A program made the position numbers and the translations under genes. A model generated the notes under the pieces. It was not told where the DNA came from and did no database searches. It worked only from the letters and a program-made list of their open reading frames with translations. This document shows positions 42,699-56,343 of a DNA stretch of 64,000 nt, piece after piece. The stretch is from Euprymna scolopes (taxonomy: Eukaryota). The DNA is taken from the NCBI GenBank assembly GCA_053919585.1, contig CM132807.1. One strand, given 5' to 3'. Numbering within the stretch: the first letter of the stretch is position 1; the number at the start of each line of letters is the position of its first letter.

Positions 42699-45600
42699 GT
42701 ATTATATGGGATGAATCTTAAACATGAACCTTCATACGGTTCCATTTTTTGTAGCTCATTTTCTTGAGTAAGTGAGTGTGTTTGCTTAACGGCATTTCAA
42801 CTTCTAGCGGTCATTTAATGCCAAGAAAAGATTTATTGACATAAGGATGGTTCAATGTCTTGAAAAGTTTATTTTCAGAAGCAAGATGCTTTAAATTTCC
42901 GAAAAGTTTGTTTTTAAATGTAAATTTATATTAAACATTATAAATTTTCAGATGTAATGAAAAGTAAGCTTAAACATTTATTCCGCATTCCCACATTGTC
43001 TGGATACTTTGTTCCTGTTGGTTACTCTGCTTAATCATCATTTTGTTAAATAGTCTCTTTTGATTAGAAGCATGGAATATGTTACCATATGGAAGTAAAA
43101 AGACTACATGATTATATGGTAAATTATGTCAAGAAGATTATGAATGTTGTCTGATAAGCCACGGTCAACAACTAGGAAATATTGGAGAGGTGAGACCTAC
43201 AATATGTGATGGATTAAGAAGACGGCTGTCTACCAATGCTCTATTCCTTAGTGTCAAAGGAAGAGAAATCAGTGAAGACCTATACTAAGATAAAATTTAC
43301 AGTTAAAAGAAACATTAAATGGAGGAATATCAACACAGCCATATGAAAAATACAATATCAAATGGAGAATATTAAGTGGAGGAATATTAACACAATCATA
43401 TGAAAAACATAAACTGGAACAGTGTAATCATAGCCTGATGACCTTCATGAAACTGTCATCTATGCTTTGACAAACTGTATATGATGATAATAGGAGCTTT
43501 TATTTCTCAAGCAACTTTTTTATTAGATTTAATGATAAAATAAATTTGAGATTCTCGTCAGTTTTTCCTGAGCTAATAAAGCTGACTTATAAACAGGTCA
43601 GAAAATTCAAAGGACAATAAATTACAAGGAATGAAGAAAAATAAAGCTTTATTTTTGCCTCAAGATATATAGATTGAGCCCCCATTTGAAAACTTAAAAA
43701 GTTACTTATGTTTGTAAACATTTTGTATATAATAATTTTGCTAATTAATTATATTAATGAAAGACAACAAATTAAGAATGTAATCGATTTTTCCAGCCTT
43801 AACCAAATCCGCTTGGTATTGGCTCATAAACTAATTAGGCTAAAACAGAAATGAAAATTCAGAATATTTAGTTTATACGATCTTTTCTTGTTGATATAAT
43901 GTTTTATATTGGGATTAGTTTGAAAAATAGCGTTTAAGAAAAATCTTTTAAAAATTAAATTTGAAATAAATTGTCAAACATTGAACAAAATATCAAAGTC
44001 TATTTTAGCATCAATACATGTTGTAAATTGAACTTTTATCTGAACTCAAAACATGTTATTCATATTTATGTTTTACAGCATTTTATTTATAATCTAACGT
44101 TCTTATTATATTTAAAAATATTTCAAGCATACTTTCAGTAAATTAATTATTAAAATAAATAAACAAATGAAAAATGTATATCATTTGAAATTATGCAAAA
44201 TATGAATATAAATAAATCATGAAATAGAATTTTGGAACAAAAATTTAAAAAAATGTCCCCAAATAGTAATCTGCTTACCGACTGTGGTAGTTTTCTTTGT
44301 GGATGTTGTTGGAGATGCTGAAAAATGAATATACAGTTAAAATAAGCAATATTATTGGATAAATTATTTAAACTGTTTATTCTTCATTCAAAGTTAAATA
44401 CGTTTTAGTTTTATTTACTTATCTTCAATATAACATGTAGTATATTTGTTTGTGTATAAATTAGAAAAAATAACATTAAAACTATGATAATTGCTTGAGA
44501 ACATTGTGCTGTAATGCATTAGTGTGTTTGCAATGAAATAATCAGACCCGACAATATATCAAAGTAATTATTTTAGTAATGGTGGGGGGCGATGATATGG
44601 TTTAAAATGATAGGAACATGACTGTCGACATTAGTAACATATCCAAGAGTTATGAAAAATGACGACGTGTGGGTTAATTGATTGGTGTGTTTGAAATGAA
44701 ATAATCAGCCCAGATAATATATCAAAGTTATTATTTTAGTAGTGGGAGGGGGTGATAATGTGGATTAAAAATGTAAAAAGTGATTGTTGAAATTACTAAC
44801 ATCTCCAAGAATTGTGAAATATGATAAAATGTGAGTAAATTCATAGTTGCCCAGACAATACATCTAAGTTATTTTCTAGTAAGAGAAGGGCGATGAGGAT
44901 GATCTAAATTATAAAAAATTATTGTCGAAATTAGTAACCTATCCAAGAATTACCAAAAATGATGAAATACAAGTTAATTGATTGGTATATTTGTAATGAA
45001 ATAATCAACCTAGACTATATATCAAAGTTATTATTTTAGTAAGATAGGGCGATAGGGATGGTTTTAATTACAAAAAATTATGGTCGAAATGTGTAACATA
45101 TCCAAGAATTATGAAAAATGATGAAATGTGAGTTAATTAATTGGTGTGTTTATAATAAAATAATCAGTCCAGATAATATATCAAAGTTATTATGTTAGTA
45201 AGAGATGGTGATAAGGATAGTTTAAATTATGAAAAATGATTTTCGAAATTAGTAACATATCCAAGAATTATGAAAAATGATAATATGTGATTTAATGCAT
45301 TAGTGTGTTTGCAATGAAATAATCAGACCAGACAATATATCAAAGTCCTTTTTTCAGTAAAGGAAGGCGATAAGGATGGCTTAAATTATGAAAAACTATT
45401 GTTGCAATTAGTAACATATCCAAGAATTACGAAAAATTATGAAATGTGAGTTTATTAATAGTCCAAACAATATATCAAAGTTTTTATTTGAGTGAGAGAG
45501 TGCAGTACGCATGGATTAAATTACTAAAAATGATTGTCGACATTAGTACCATATCCAAGAATTATGAAAAATGATATGTAATTTCATGCATTAGTGTGAT

Positions 45601-48600
45601 TGCAATGAAATAATCAAGCCAGACAATATATCAAAGTTATTATTTTAGTAAGGGAGGGATGATGTCAGTTAAAATGATGAAAAATAATTGTCGAAATTAG
45701 TAACATATCTAAGAATTATGAAAAATGATGGAATGTGAGTTAATTGATTGGTGTGTTTGTAATGGAATAATCTGTCTAGACAATATATCAAAGTTATTTT
45801 TTTAGTAAGGTGTGCGATATGGTGAGTTTAAAGGATGAAAAATTATTGTCGAAATTAGTACCATATCTAAGAATTATAAAAAAATGATGAAATGTGAGTT
45901 AATTGATAGTTGTGTTTTTTTTATGAAATAATAAGCCCATACAATATATTAAATTTATTATTTTAGTAAGGTGGAGGCGATTATGAGGGTTAAAATTATC
46001 ATAAATTGTTGTCGAATATAGTAGCATATTCAATAATTGTGAAAAATGATGAAATGTGAGTTAATTGATAGTTGTGTTTTTTTATGAAATAATCAGCCCA
46101 TACAATATATCAAATTTATTATTTTAGTAAAGGGAGGCGCGATTATGTGGGTTATAATTAGCATAAATTATTGTCAAACATAGTAACATATTCAATAATT
46201 GTGAAAAATGATGAAATGTGAGTTAATTGACCGGTGTGTTTGTAATGAAATAATCAGCCCTGGAAATATATAAAAGTTATTATTTTAGTAAGAGGACGAT
46301 ACAGTTTTAATAAAAGGGCTAGAACAATATGATTGTGCCTTTTTCCATGCTGAACAGAACGCCTACAGAATGACCAGAACGCCTACATATGAAAAATGCT
46401 GCTGTGGAATTTCCACAAGTCTCGCTAGTAATAATAATAATAATAATAATTTGAATGCCTATTTGTAATCCTGTAAACCATAATGTATATAGGAAATGGT
46501 ATTGTTCTGTGCCTCCACTATATTATTCATCATAGATATGTTTTTGTGATCAAGTAAAAGTTTCTAAATAGAATGTTTATTTTTAATCTTTTAAACCTGA
46601 ATATGCAACCATCTTATTGAGTTTCAACACATGCTACACTTAATTACCATTGTAATACTTGGTTTTATTTTAATTGTTGCTATATTGAAAAAAAAAATTG
46701 AAGTTATCAAACTGGAAAAGCGATAAACATTCAATATCAATGGATGCAAAAAGAATGATAAATATCTAGTAAATAAGCGTTGGAAACTTGTTATCATGAA
46801 TATTGAGAAAACGTCATGGCAAGTATAAATAATGCACACAATCTAATGAATATGAAATGTCCTTACTTGGCAATTTGAAACATGCTTCAATATCCAACCA
46901 TACTCTATAGTTTGGATTCTGATCAGCTTCTTTTTCTTCCAAAATAACCTTGATTGCAGTCACTTTGTCAAATGTGGTCGAGATATACGGTCCAGTGATT
47001 TTAGTGCCACCAGGAATATTCTTGAAATCTTCCGATCCTGGATATTTTACAAGAATTGTGATTTTCTTTGCATTACCACTAACATCAACCTTTGTTAGCT
47101 CTACTCCTTCAGGGTCATCAGTCAGTTTAACTGTAATACTGGGTTTCGGATCAGTAGATGTAGTCGGCACAGGTGCAAGCCATCCAAGTCCATTAGGTCT
47201 GACATAACGTATGGGAGAGTTTGGTGTGTCTGGTGTTCCAGTAAGGTATTCATCAGGGATGAGACTTTTATCATTCATGCCCTTAGAAGACTCACATCGA
47301 ACTGCAATAAATGAAATCAAATTTACACATTGTTATAGATATAATTTAAATGTTGTACTCGTAGTGCTCAATTAAATATACATTAGGAAAGATGAAAGAC
47401 TCACATCGAACTGCAAAAGAAGTAAATTAATTGATGAAAAATTAAGTATAGATTTAGAAAATAAACATGGAATCATTGTCATATTATTTTGATATGTAAT
47501 AATGAACCCCTGGCTCAAAACTATTGGAATTTCTTACATAGTATGTGTCATATAATAAATCTTCAATTTTTTCCAATCTTAAAATTTGAAGGATATATCA
47601 TATTATATGTGCAGTTGAAAATACATGTAATGCTAAAACGAGGCTTGATTTTGGGTTCAGTTGACAATTTTAAAATAAGAAATCAATTTTTATCATATAA
47701 AACAACAATAAATTACATGGAATATGTAATTGTTATAAGTTGTCTTCTTCATTGGTGTCACTGCAAAAATATTTATCCTCTTTCTCAGCAATGATGTCAA
47801 ACATTTAAAAACAAACAAATAAAAGCATGAAGTGAAGATCACTTGAGTTATCTTAATTCCTCAACTCTGCCTTGTCTAAATTCATGACAGAAAGAACAAT
47901 AATTCATGGACAATTTAAGATCAATTATTTCTGTATATTGAACCCTCATTTAAATGCTTTTAAAATATGTTGTTTTTGGTAACTTTTTGAGATATCTTAG
48001 GTATAATATGATTTTCTTATTATACTAAACAGTATTTTTAAAGTATTTTTTACACAAAATAATTATTAAAAAAATGAATTTAAAAAATCCTGTTGTACTT
48101 TATTTGAGATTGTGCAAAAATAAGGATAAATCATGGAATATTGTTATTTATTGTGGAAAATAATTAAAAGCTACCATCAAATATATATTCACTTACCTTT
48201 TGTGGTTGTTGATTTTGTAAAGGTTGTTGTTGACGATCCTGTAAATGAAGATTTTAGGAGAAATTGTTTAAAATGTTGTGAGTTACTAGTCATAATATAA
48301 CATTATTCTTTTTGCTGTTTCTATAAATTAATTATATGATTAACTGATTAAGTAGATAATTTAAATAAGAGGCCGTCGTTATTTATCTTGTATCAGTCAT
48401 TGAGGCGTGGGTAGTGTGATATGGTGTTTTCTAGCTGCATCCGATAATATAATTAGTATATATGTTTATGTATATGCAAACATAAACATATATACTAATT
48501 ATATTAATAAATAAGATAACTTAATGTGAATACAAAATGTAAACAAAAAAAATTTGCTAAAAATTGTTGTATGATTATCTATAGATGAAATGGATTATTT

Positions 48601-50470
48601 AAGACAGACATGGGGTCAAATATGCTCAGAGGCTATCACAATATATTTATAAACTATTTTCTACTTGTTATGACTCGGGCCTCTTTTAATGAATACTAGC
48701 AAATATTAGTTACCATAACAGCATTTTTAAAATTTTAATCATATTTAAATATCTCACTGCATAAATGAAATAAAAGCACTTAATTTATGATTCTCGTACA
48801 ATATTCAACTTATGCTTAGAGCATACCGACTGTAATTAAATGTTATAATAAAGCATTTATATAAATTTGCGCTTCATTAAATTTATAGTAAAAACCAAAC
48901 TGTAATAACTTAATTTATGCTATCTTTGTAACTTAATGCCTCTATCAATTACAGATATTTGTAAGCAAAACAAGCTGCGCATGTGTGATCCCCCTCTGGT
49001 GCATAGATATGTATGTCTATATAGTGAAAAACCACTATATAGACATACATATGAAGTTTTTGAGTAATATGAAAAAAGAGCTCCAAAAAAGCATGTTTTT
49101 TTAGCCCTAAAAGTCCAAGAGGGATGCGAACCAGAATTTTGCCAGAGTCACCCATACTGGATTTATATTAAGACCAATGGGTTCCACATTTAGGCCAAGT
49201 TTCAGATAAATCTAATGGATGGGTCCAAAGTTATGGGGCAAAACGTTTCATTTTTGGCCATTTTGGGGTATTTTTGATCTCTTTTGAGCACATCTATTTA
49301 ATAAAATACAATTTGTGGCAAAATTTAAGGAAAAACTAATGGACGGTTATCTGGCAATCGTCTGGACTAACGGATGCACAGATGGACACACGGACGGACG
49401 CACAGACGCCACTGAAAACATAGGTTCCTTTCTGATAAATTGGGGGACCAATAATTGGATGCGAGAATCAATGAAAATTTTCTGACATAATGCAAGATCT
49501 TTATCTAAAAAGCACAGTTTCAAAAAATGCTTATTACTGGCAAAGCAAATACATCTTATGATATTTGTCAGCTTTCATGTGAGACGTAGTGAATATATTG
49601 GAAGGAGCCAGCATAACTTATTCGTAGTGAATGCCACCTCAAGACAAGACAGCATCTTATGGGATACTTCACAAAATGGAGATATTGACATGTGAACCTT
49701 CGAGTAAAGAACACTGTTGATAGAATAGTTGTCTTCTCTTGGAATACTGGAATCCTAAAGAAGCTTATGGCCATTCGAATCAATGGTGGATTTCAGCAAA
49801 AATTCAATAGTAAACGACTGTTGTGACAATGCAAAATGATTTGCAACAATGTTCAAATGAAATGGAAATCTGGGGAGGCTTATTGTTGTAGCAATATGGC
49901 GTGTGAATGCATTAGTAAAATGAAGTTTCCTCATATAAATTAAATCAAGTAGAAATGGAAATTTCCACTAGAAATTAAGTTCATGTGGTTGAAATAAGTG
50001 ATGTCATAGGAAGTGTTGAGTGTAATGTGGCAAATGTCTCAGAATTTCAGACTTAGTTATAATTTAATCTTTTTGATACATTAATTAATCTGAATCTTTA
50101 ATTAATCCATTAATTGTCTTTGCAGAGGATTTATATGCTATTTTTATATTATCTTTGTGTATCAGACCTATATGTGATTATCCAACAATTCCTAGTAAAA
50201 ATTACCAGAATATTGTCGTTTCAGTGAAGAATGATTAACACCAGTAGTGATGAAGCAGTTTTTGCTTCCATTTTGGCAAGTTGCATGTCCTTGTTTTCTA
50301 CTTTGATGGCTAATGAACGCTCTAACCCATTGTTCTGCTAAGGTTTTGAAAAAGTAGGAAATAGGCTACACGAAATCCACATACCATACAATGGAGTTTT
50401 AATAAATAATATATACTGCTTCTGTGTTACAGTCAAACATTTTGGCTTAGGTTTTGTACATAAGGTGTGT

Positions 50471-50532
<62 letters not shown>

Positions 50533-52998
50533 ACAGCAGAAATAAGAGAGTGAAGGAAAAAAGCAATTGTGAGACAAGGTCAGTTAAACTACAGAATCAG
50601 TTAATACTAGTTTTACCTGGTTCAGCAGTTGATGATGGGAAAGTCCATTCAATTGTTTCCTCTGTTATAGGTAACACTTCCGTAAAAGCAGTAGTTGTTT
50701 TAGTTGGTGTAGTAGATGGAGAAGTAGTTTGTGTCGAACCTGTATTGAATTTGAACAATAGTGAGTTGGATAAACAAATATGATAACTTAATCTAACAAA
50801 AGAATCTGAAAATATTGTTACAGAAAATTACTCGTATCTCTATAGAAAAAACAAACTTTTTTTATATGCAAGTCGAGGTCAAAATGCTTTCAATTAAAGC
50901 AATTGTATTTTAGGAGCTTCAACAATATTTTTATAAACCATTTTTTAATAGCTAAGCTTCTGCAAGTCCGTTTATAGAAATTGCTAACAACTATTAGACT
51001 GGATATAATTATAGTTATTTTCTTACCTAAGTTATGACTCAATAATATACAAGATGTTTATTGAATAAAAGATAACTGCTTCTTTTTCCAACAATTATCC
51101 TCATAACAGGGATCATTTTACCATGTAAAATTGGAAAAATATGGACATAGTATTCATCGTAAGGAATATGAAATGTCCTTTTCTATCCAATGGTATCAGC
51201 ATGATATTATATCAATGTATAATGAATCTAGTATTGAATCATAAATTCTGAAACTATTGAAATTAATTTACATTATATGGACCAAAAAAAAATTCAATCT
51301 CAACCACCTAACAGAATAACAGATTTGATAAAATTAAAAAAAAATACCTTGAAAAATTTCAAAATTTGTATTTGATTTTTAATGTATGTCATTTTAAAAT
51401 AAGACCCCATTTTGGGTACAATTTACAAAGTTACATTAAAATATGATTTTTTAAACATGGATAAAAAATTAAATTTATATTTCATAAAAATGTATCTATT
51501 TGTGCATATATAGACATAAACTATGAAAAATAATGTTGAATCTTTCAACGGTTGAGGTTATTTTGGAACTTCTAAGTACAATGAATTATTTACATATTTG
51601 TAAGTAATTTTGTAATAATTTCTATTGTATATAAAATATTCTAAACATTTGTAAAATTTCAACAGTGACTAAGCAGACTGAAATTTTGACACTAGTAAGT
51701 TGGATAAACAAATAAACTTCAATATGAGAAAATAGTAATCTAAAAATATATTCCTACTAAAAATTGTTTATTATTTATAGTTAAAAATGCTTATTTAGAT
51801 AGATTAGGTCCAAATAAGCAATTCTAAAGCAGTTTAACTTAAGAGCTCCTACTAGATATTTAGGAAGCGTCTTTTAATTAGTAACATTGTGCAAGATGGC
51901 TTACAGAAAATTGTAGCAAATATTTGATTAGACATAATTATAACTATATTTTTTTTATCCGAGACATATATTAATACGCATAACAGGAATAATATTTATA
52001 TGTAGAATTTGTAAAATATGGATAAAACACTCGGTCTAAAAAATATGAAATATCCTTACTTGGCAATTTGAAACATGCTTCAATATCCAGCCAAACTCTA
52101 TAGTTTGCACTCTGATCAGCTTCTTTTTCTTCCAAAATAACCTTGATTGCAGTCACTTTGTCAAATGTCTTTGAAATATATGGTCCAGTGATTTTATTGG
52201 CACCAGGAATTGCTACAAAACCTGTAGAGCCTGGTAATTGTACAAGAATTGTGATCTTCTCAGCATTACCGCTTACATCAACCTTGACCAACTCAATTCC
52301 TTGAGGGTCATCAGTCAGTTTAACAGTGATGCTAGGTTTCGAGTCACCTGATGTAATCGGCACAGGTGCAATCCATCCAGGCCCATTAGGTCTGGCATCA
52401 CTTACGGGAGAGTTTGGTGTGTTTGGTGTTCCACTAATTAAATCATCAGGAATGAGACTTTTATCATTCATACCTTTAGATGATTCACATCGAACTGTAA
52501 TTGGAACAAAAATAAAGTAATAATTAAAACTTCATTTAATAACTTAAAATGAAAACATATATTAAACAATAAATCTCTGATCATTTAAACTTTAACTTCA
52601 ATTTTATAAAATCCACTTTGGTAAAGTATTACATAGACAAACAAAGAAGATTTATTTATTTAAATTTCACTTGAATAATTGATAGTTTTGAAAATTAAAT
52701 TGTCTTAGGAATCGGAATAATTATTCTTACATATGATACTGTAAATGCTATTTATTTCAAACTATTTTCTTAATGTGCGAATCCTTACATTATCAATGAA
52801 TTAATTCCTCACCTGGTGTTGTTGGAGTACGTCCTGATGTTGTTGGAGTACGTCCTGATGTTGTTGGAGTACGTCCTGGTGTTGTGGTGATTGTAGGCGT
52901 TACTGTTATGTGTAAAAATGGAGAAGCAAACGTTTTTAGATGTTGGATTTGTTTGAAAGAGTTTATCATACAAAATAGCTATTAGTATATGGAAGTAA

Positions 52999-53061
<63 letters not shown>

Positions 53062-56000
53062 AAAAGTATTATATGGGATGAATCTTAAACATGAACCTTC
53101 ATACGGTTCCATTTTTTGTAGCTCATTTTCTTGAGTAAGTGAGTGTGTTTGCTTAACGGCATTTCAACTTCTAGCGGTCATTTAATGCCAAGAAAAGATT
53201 TATTGACATAAGGAGTGTTCAATGTCTTGAAAAGTTTATTTTCAGAAGCAAGATGCTTTAAATTTCCGAAAAGTTTGTTTTTAAATGTAAATTTATATTA
53301 AACATTATAAATTTTCAGATGTAATGAAAAGTAAGCTTAAACATTTATTCCGCATTCCCACATTGTCTGGATAGTTTGTTCCTGTTGGTTACTCTGCTTA
53401 ATCATCATTTTGTTAAATAGTCTCTTTTGATTAGAAGCATGGAATATGTTACCATATGGAAGTAAAAAGACTACATGATTATATGGTAAATTATGTCAAG
53501 AAGATTATGAATGTTGTCTGATAAGCCACGGTCAACAACTAGGAAATATTGGAGAGGTGAGACCTACAATATGTGATGGATTAAGAAGACGGCTGTCTAC
53601 CAATGCTCTATTCCTTAGTGTCAAAGGAAGAGAAATCAGGGAAGACCTATACTAAGATAAAATTTACAGTTAAAAGAAACATTAAATGGAGGAATATCAA
53701 CACAGCCATATGAAAAATACAATATCAAATGGAGAATATTAAGTGGAGGAATATTAACACAATCATATGAAAAACATAAACTGGAACAGTGTAATCATAG
53801 CCTGATGACCTTCATGAAACTGTCATCTATGCTTTGACAAACTGTATATGATGATAATAGGAGCTTTTATTTCTCAAGCAACTTTTTTATTAGATTTAAT
53901 GATAAAATAAATTTGAGATTCTCGTCAGTTCTTCCTGAGCTAATAAAGCTGACTTATAAACAGGTCAGAAAATTCAAAAGACAATAAATTACAAGGAATG
54001 AAGAAAAATAAAGCTTTATTTTTGCCTCAAGATATATAGATTGAACCCCCATTTGAAAACTTAAAAAGTTACTTATGTTTGTAAACATTTTGTATATAAT
54101 AATTTTGCTAATTAATTATATTAATGAAAGACAACAAATTAAGAATGTAATCGATTTTTCCAGCCTTAACCAAATCCGCTTGGAATTGGCTCATAAACTA
54201 ATTAGGCTAAAACAGAAATGAAAATTCAGAATATTTAGTTTATACGATCTTTTCTTGTTGATATAATGTTTTATATTGGGATTAGTTTGAAAAATAGCGT
54301 TTAAGAAAAATCTTTTAAAAATTAAATTTGAAATAAATTGTCAAACATTGAACAAAATATCAAAGTCTATTTTAGCATCAATACATGTTGTAAATTGAAC
54401 TTCTATCTGAACTCAAAACATGTTATTCATATTTATGTTTTACAGCATTTTATTTATAATCTAACGTTCTTATTATATTTAAAAATATTTCAAGCATACT
54501 TTCAGTAAATTAATTATTAAAATAAATAAACAAATGAAAAATGTATATCATTTGAAATTATGCAAAAATATGAATATAAATAAATCATGAAATAGAATTT
54601 TGGAACAAAAATAAAAAAAAATGTCACCAAATAGTAATCTGCTTACCGACTGTGGTAGTTTTCTTTGTGGATGTTGTTGGAGATGCTGAAAAATGAATAT
54701 ACAGTTAAAATAAGCAATATTATTGGATAAATTATTTAAACTGTTTATTCTTCATTCAAAGTTAAATACGTTTTAGTTTTATTTACTTATCTTCAATATA
54801 ACATCATAGTATATTTGTTTGTGTATAAATTAGAAAAAAATAACATTAAAACTATGTTAATTGATTGAGAAAGTTTACATAACTACATTTTTTATAAGTA
54901 ATTTCTTCATGAAACACATTAAGCATATAAACTATAGACATTAGTAAATTGGATGAATGAGATAATTTTATTTCTATAATAAAAGTAATCTGAAAATAAC
55001 TTTGCTAGAAAATTACTTGTATCACTAGTTGTAAATGAAATTGATTAAGGGAGACGTGGCCCGAAATACTCACAATTAAAGCAGTTCACTTCTAGAGATT
55101 ATCACAATACATTCAGAAAAATTTTACTTAATACTATTCTACAACGTCACTTTCAAAAAATATTAGCAACTATTAGCTATAATTATAGCTATTTTGTTAT
55201 CTAAGCCATGTAATATTATTGTAAAAAATACTTTGTAAATAAAAGATACCCGATTGTTTTGCAACAAAATACGCTCGCTAAGATAATACTATTTATAGAT
55301 ATAGATTAGCAAAAGTATGACTAAAACATTCAGTATATGTTATTTGAAATGTCCTTACTTGGCAATTTGAAACATGCTTCAATATCCAGCCAAACTCTAT
55401 AGTTTGCACTCTGATCAGCTTCTTTTTCTTCCAAAATAACCTTGATTGCAGTCACTTTGTCAAATGTCTTTGAAATATATGGTCCAGTGATTTTAGTGCC
55501 ATCAGGAATATTTTTGAAATATTCTGATCCTGGATATTGTACAAGAATTGTGAATTTCTCGGCATTGCCATTCACATCGACCTTTGTTAGCTCTACCCCT
55601 TCGGGATCATCGGTAAGTTTGACTGTAATAGTTGGTTTCGGGTCAAGAGATGAAGTCGGTACTGGTGCAATCCATCCAGACCCCTCAGGTCTGACATTAT
55701 TTATAGGAGAGCTTGGTGTTTCTGGTGTTCCACTAATGAAGTCATCAGGAATGAGTATTTTATTATCCATGCCTGCAATAGCTTCACATCGAACTGTAAT
55801 TGAAACAAAACAATAAGAAAACATTAATTTTTACAATTTTACATGAAAATAACAATTAGTCAATAAATTTAACCCAATGTTTTACTAAAAGCTATGTTTT
55901 TCCATATTTGTAAAGTATTACCTATGCAAAAAATGAATATGATATATTTGTTTCAATTTCACAATTTATACTTTTGAAAATAACATTGTTTCAACAATCT

Positions 56001-56274
56001 TCATAATAACACTTACATAAGATACTAAGTATTGTTTTTTTTATCGTAATCTAGTGTCTTAATGTGTGAATCCTTAAATCATCAATTAATTTATTTCTCA
56101 CCTGGTGTTGTTGAAGTAGTTCCTGACGTTGTTGAAGTGCGTCCTGATGTTGTGGTGATTTTAGGGGTCACTGTTACGTGAAAAAATGTAAAAGCAAGAG
56201 ATATTGGATTTGTTTGAAAGGTTATATTATAGAAATTACCTATTAATGAGAAAGTAGTATTGTCGAAGTATATT

Positions 56275-56343
<69 letters not shown>

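Larger units (their letters stand above)
35800..54870. repeat. ~10.35-kb intragenic tandem duplication (~35800-44500 vs ~46030-54870)
   Basis: Offsets 10343-10368 for all exons; introns near-identical apart from microsatellite length, a few SNPs and small indels. Confidence 0.95.

Noticed and set aside
34430-46295. CRISPR-like interpretation of the 159-bp arrays or the 21-nt repeats
   Set aside because: Eukaryotic context, no unique spacers and no cas genes. These are tandem satellite units and coding Thr-rich repeats.
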